The translations under genes were made by a program, and so were the position numbers. Positions 61,537 through 64,000 of a DNA stretch of 64,000 nt are shown here, piece by piece. Under the pieces are notes generated by a model. It saw nothing but the letters and a program-made list of their open reading frames with translations, was not told where the DNA came from and did no database searches. Position 1 is the stretch's first letter. Each line of letters starts with the position of its first letter. Location of the stretch: NCBI GenBank assembly GCA_039621445.1, contig CP154954.1, positions 31,024,012 to 31,088,011 of the forward strand. The letters run 5' to 3'. The stretch comes from Euglena gracilis. Lineage: Eukaryota.

Positions 61537-64000
61537 TGTAACCGTGGTACCTGCCCTGGAGTTTCCAGTCCCTCGGGGCCGGCACCCCTTTGCGTAGGAT
61601 CTTTTACCCTGCCCAGGGTATTTTCAATTCCCCTCGCGGCTTGTTTCAAAAATTGCATTTTCTTTGTTTTTATGGGTCTTTTTGGGTGAAAACAGGTGGT
61701 TTGGTTGGCTCACACCTTTCCTTTGATAAAACATCCACAAGCAATCAGCAAATCCACCAGCACAATACAAGCAAACCACAAAGGATGAAAGTACCAAAGT
61801 CCAAACCAAGGGTAAGAGAATGATAGGTTCCATATAGTTGACCAGATAATTCTTGGACCCCAAATTGACAGTGTGACAGAGAGACAGACAGAGGACAGAG
61901 CCCTGCACAGGGACAGATGGAGTCAGTGATTGAAAACAGTAACTGAAGAGTCATCAGGTTGGGTTGGGTTAGGTTGTGTTTTTTTGGGCACTCAGCAACC
62001 CTGACTCACACCCCCCTTCCCGAAGGAGTTGTTTACAACTCTTCACAACTCCAACAGGAAGGGGTGCGGAGTGCACTCGTTGTGAGGAGGGGGCGAGCGA
62101 GGGGACAGTTGTTCAGGCCCCCCCCCTCAGGGGGCTGTGCCGTTCAGGTTCGTTTTCTGACCGTGGGGCTGAGTCAAATGTTCTCCTTTGGCAGTTGGGT
62201 CGGTTTGGTGTGTTGTCCCCCCTCCCAGCCCGCCTAGGGCTGTGTGGCGTTGGGGGGGAGGGGGCAGGCGACGTTGTGAACCAAGCGCCAGCCACGGGTA
62301 AAAATTTCAGGAAATTCTAATTCCCAGGCCAGGTGAGTTGTTTTGTCACGGTCAGGGTCCTAGACAGCCGTTTTTGGTTCGGTTAGCCAATACGGTGTTT
62401 GGGGTTGGTGTCCGTTCGGTGGGGGGTAGGTCCCGTTGGGGTCTTCAACCCCCCCCCCCCCCAGGCCAGGCGGTCAGGCTCCGGCCGGGGACGAATTTTT
62501 ATAAGAATCAGGTGAATGCTGGGTTTCAGTTAAAAATAAGGCTGGGTCAAGGACAATGTTTTTTTTGTATTTTTGTTGTTTTTCTGGGGGGTAGACTGGT
62601 TTGTGTGAGGTCAGGTGTTGCGGAGGGTCCTCGCCCCCCCCCCCCCCCAGGCCGGTGGCCCGGGGTCGGCCAGGTCTGCGTTTTTTGCGTTTTTGGGTCA
62701 AAGTCAGGTTCCCCTTCCCCCGTTTGCCCAGTTTTGGCTGGCTGCTACGGTTGGGGTTGGGGGCTGTGTTTTGTTTTTTTTTTACAGGTAGGCTGGCCAA
62801 GTCCAGGGGGGAAGGTTGGTTCTCCTCGGGGGGTCCCAACCCACAACAACAACGCTGAAGAATTGAAGAATGGATTGATTGGCTGTTGAGGGGTACTTGA
62901 GGTCAGTGAATTCGGGTCGGGTCGGGTCTTGTTCAGGTCCGTTGGGCTGGATCAAGTTAAGCTGGCCAGCGGTTCAGGTTCAGGTGGGCTGGCCAGGGGT
63001 GCTGCCCGGGCCCGTTTTGTCGTTTTGGTTAAGCAGGTTTTGTATCAGGTATAATTGTTCAAATCGATTGAGGTTAATGTGAGCAGTAGGGTTGGGGTTG
63101 GCTTCGGGGTCGTTCGGGGTGTCGACGTTACGGTGTCTGTGAGGGGCCCACGGGTATGTGACATGCGTCACTCCATCCCATCAAGCAACACCCTCACATC
63201 CACAGCCAGGACCCGTTTTTTGCAGTATTGGACCACATCTTTGTTTGTTCGGAGGAAGAAGTCGTTCAGGGGTTCCCACTGAATATCAGATGGGTCCCAG
63301 TTTTTCCACTGAATCAAAAATTGAAGTTTTCCGACTTTTCTGCGGTGGTTCAGCACTTTTCAACATCCCACTCGTCCGGTCCGACCTCCAACTCCTGTTC
63401 CTTGCCCCACCAAAAGTAGAGGGGGACAGGGGTTGTGTTGTAGAGGTCCTCCTTGTGGGGTTTGAGTTGTGAACGGTGGGCAGGTTGTCGGTTTCCAGGT
63501 CGTAGTTCAACCACGTAGGAGTGTTGTCCTACCCGTTCCAACACCACCGCAGGTCCTTTCCACTTCGGTTCGAGTTTGTCGCTGCCGGGTTGTCTTTCGG
63601 GTTGATACCAGACTTTGGGACCGATTTCCAAGGCAGGTGGTTCTCTGCGTTTTTGGTTCACCGTTTAACCCCTTTCACGCTGTTTTTCGTTCAGGACCAG
63701 ACTGACCCACTGGTCTTGTTCCTTCATCTTTTCCAAGAACGCTGTGGCCCCTTCCGCTTCCTTTTGTGGTTGGTATGGCAATCCCGCCAACGGTCTGTGC
63801 CTGCCAAACACAATTTCGTACGGTGACAATCCCGTTTCACCTGGGACGCAACCTTTTCTGCTGTGAGTCCCTTGGCCAGGTGGGGGGTTGCAACCATCCA
63901 CCCACTCAGCCTGTCCACACACAACGACAACGTGTCGTATTTCTTCCCTTCAAAGGTCGTTTCAGGTGGTGAGAACAAATCGATAGCAACACTGTCCATC
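61537..64000 (-). mobile_element. G4: 3' end of a different chromovirus family (integrase, chromodomain, 3' region, putative 3' LTR 61537-62010) inserted in a DIRS MT domain
   Basis: VAIDLF, CVDRLSG, GLSPYEIVFG, KLEPKWKGP, EWDVEK..HR..FLIQWKNW..WEP. Minus-strand PPT GGGAAGGGGGG (62011-62021), then TGTGAG...GTTACA. Confidence 0.88.

Overview
Eukaryotic, almost entirely retroelement-derived window with no recognisable host gene, rRNA, tRNA or CRISPR array. The host is probably a protist, but the lineage cannot be determined from the sequence. It holds two interleaved, mostly pseudogenised classes. (1) Ty3/Gypsy chromoviruses (G0 1-4266 minus, G1 7774-18780, G2 18840-30543, G3 30544-36601, and a different family G4 61537-64000 minus). 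The G0-G3 family has the unusual layout gag(CCHC)-protease-Dam-like N6-adenine methyltransferase-RT-RNaseH-integrase-chromodomain-extra 3' ORF, with 63-111 bp hairpin LTR-like ends and a tRNA-Met PBS. (2) DIRS-type tyrosine-recombinase retrotransposons (gag-RT-RNaseH-MT-YR) in head-to-tail arrays (4267-6924, 36602-39500, 47130-61536). Nested in these are two young 1.7-1.9 kb mini LTR elements with 4-bp TSDs. They have Tf1-like self-priming PBSs that covary between the two, and each carries one intact ORF of a shared unknown CxCxxC family. There is also an intact C5 cytosine-methyltransferase fragment inserted in register between DIRS RNaseH and MT with an 8-bp duplication, plus evidence for a ~32-kb and a 1.5-kb inversion. 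All calls come from manual motif reading and by-eye alignment; no database searches were run and boundaries of degenerate elements are approximate.
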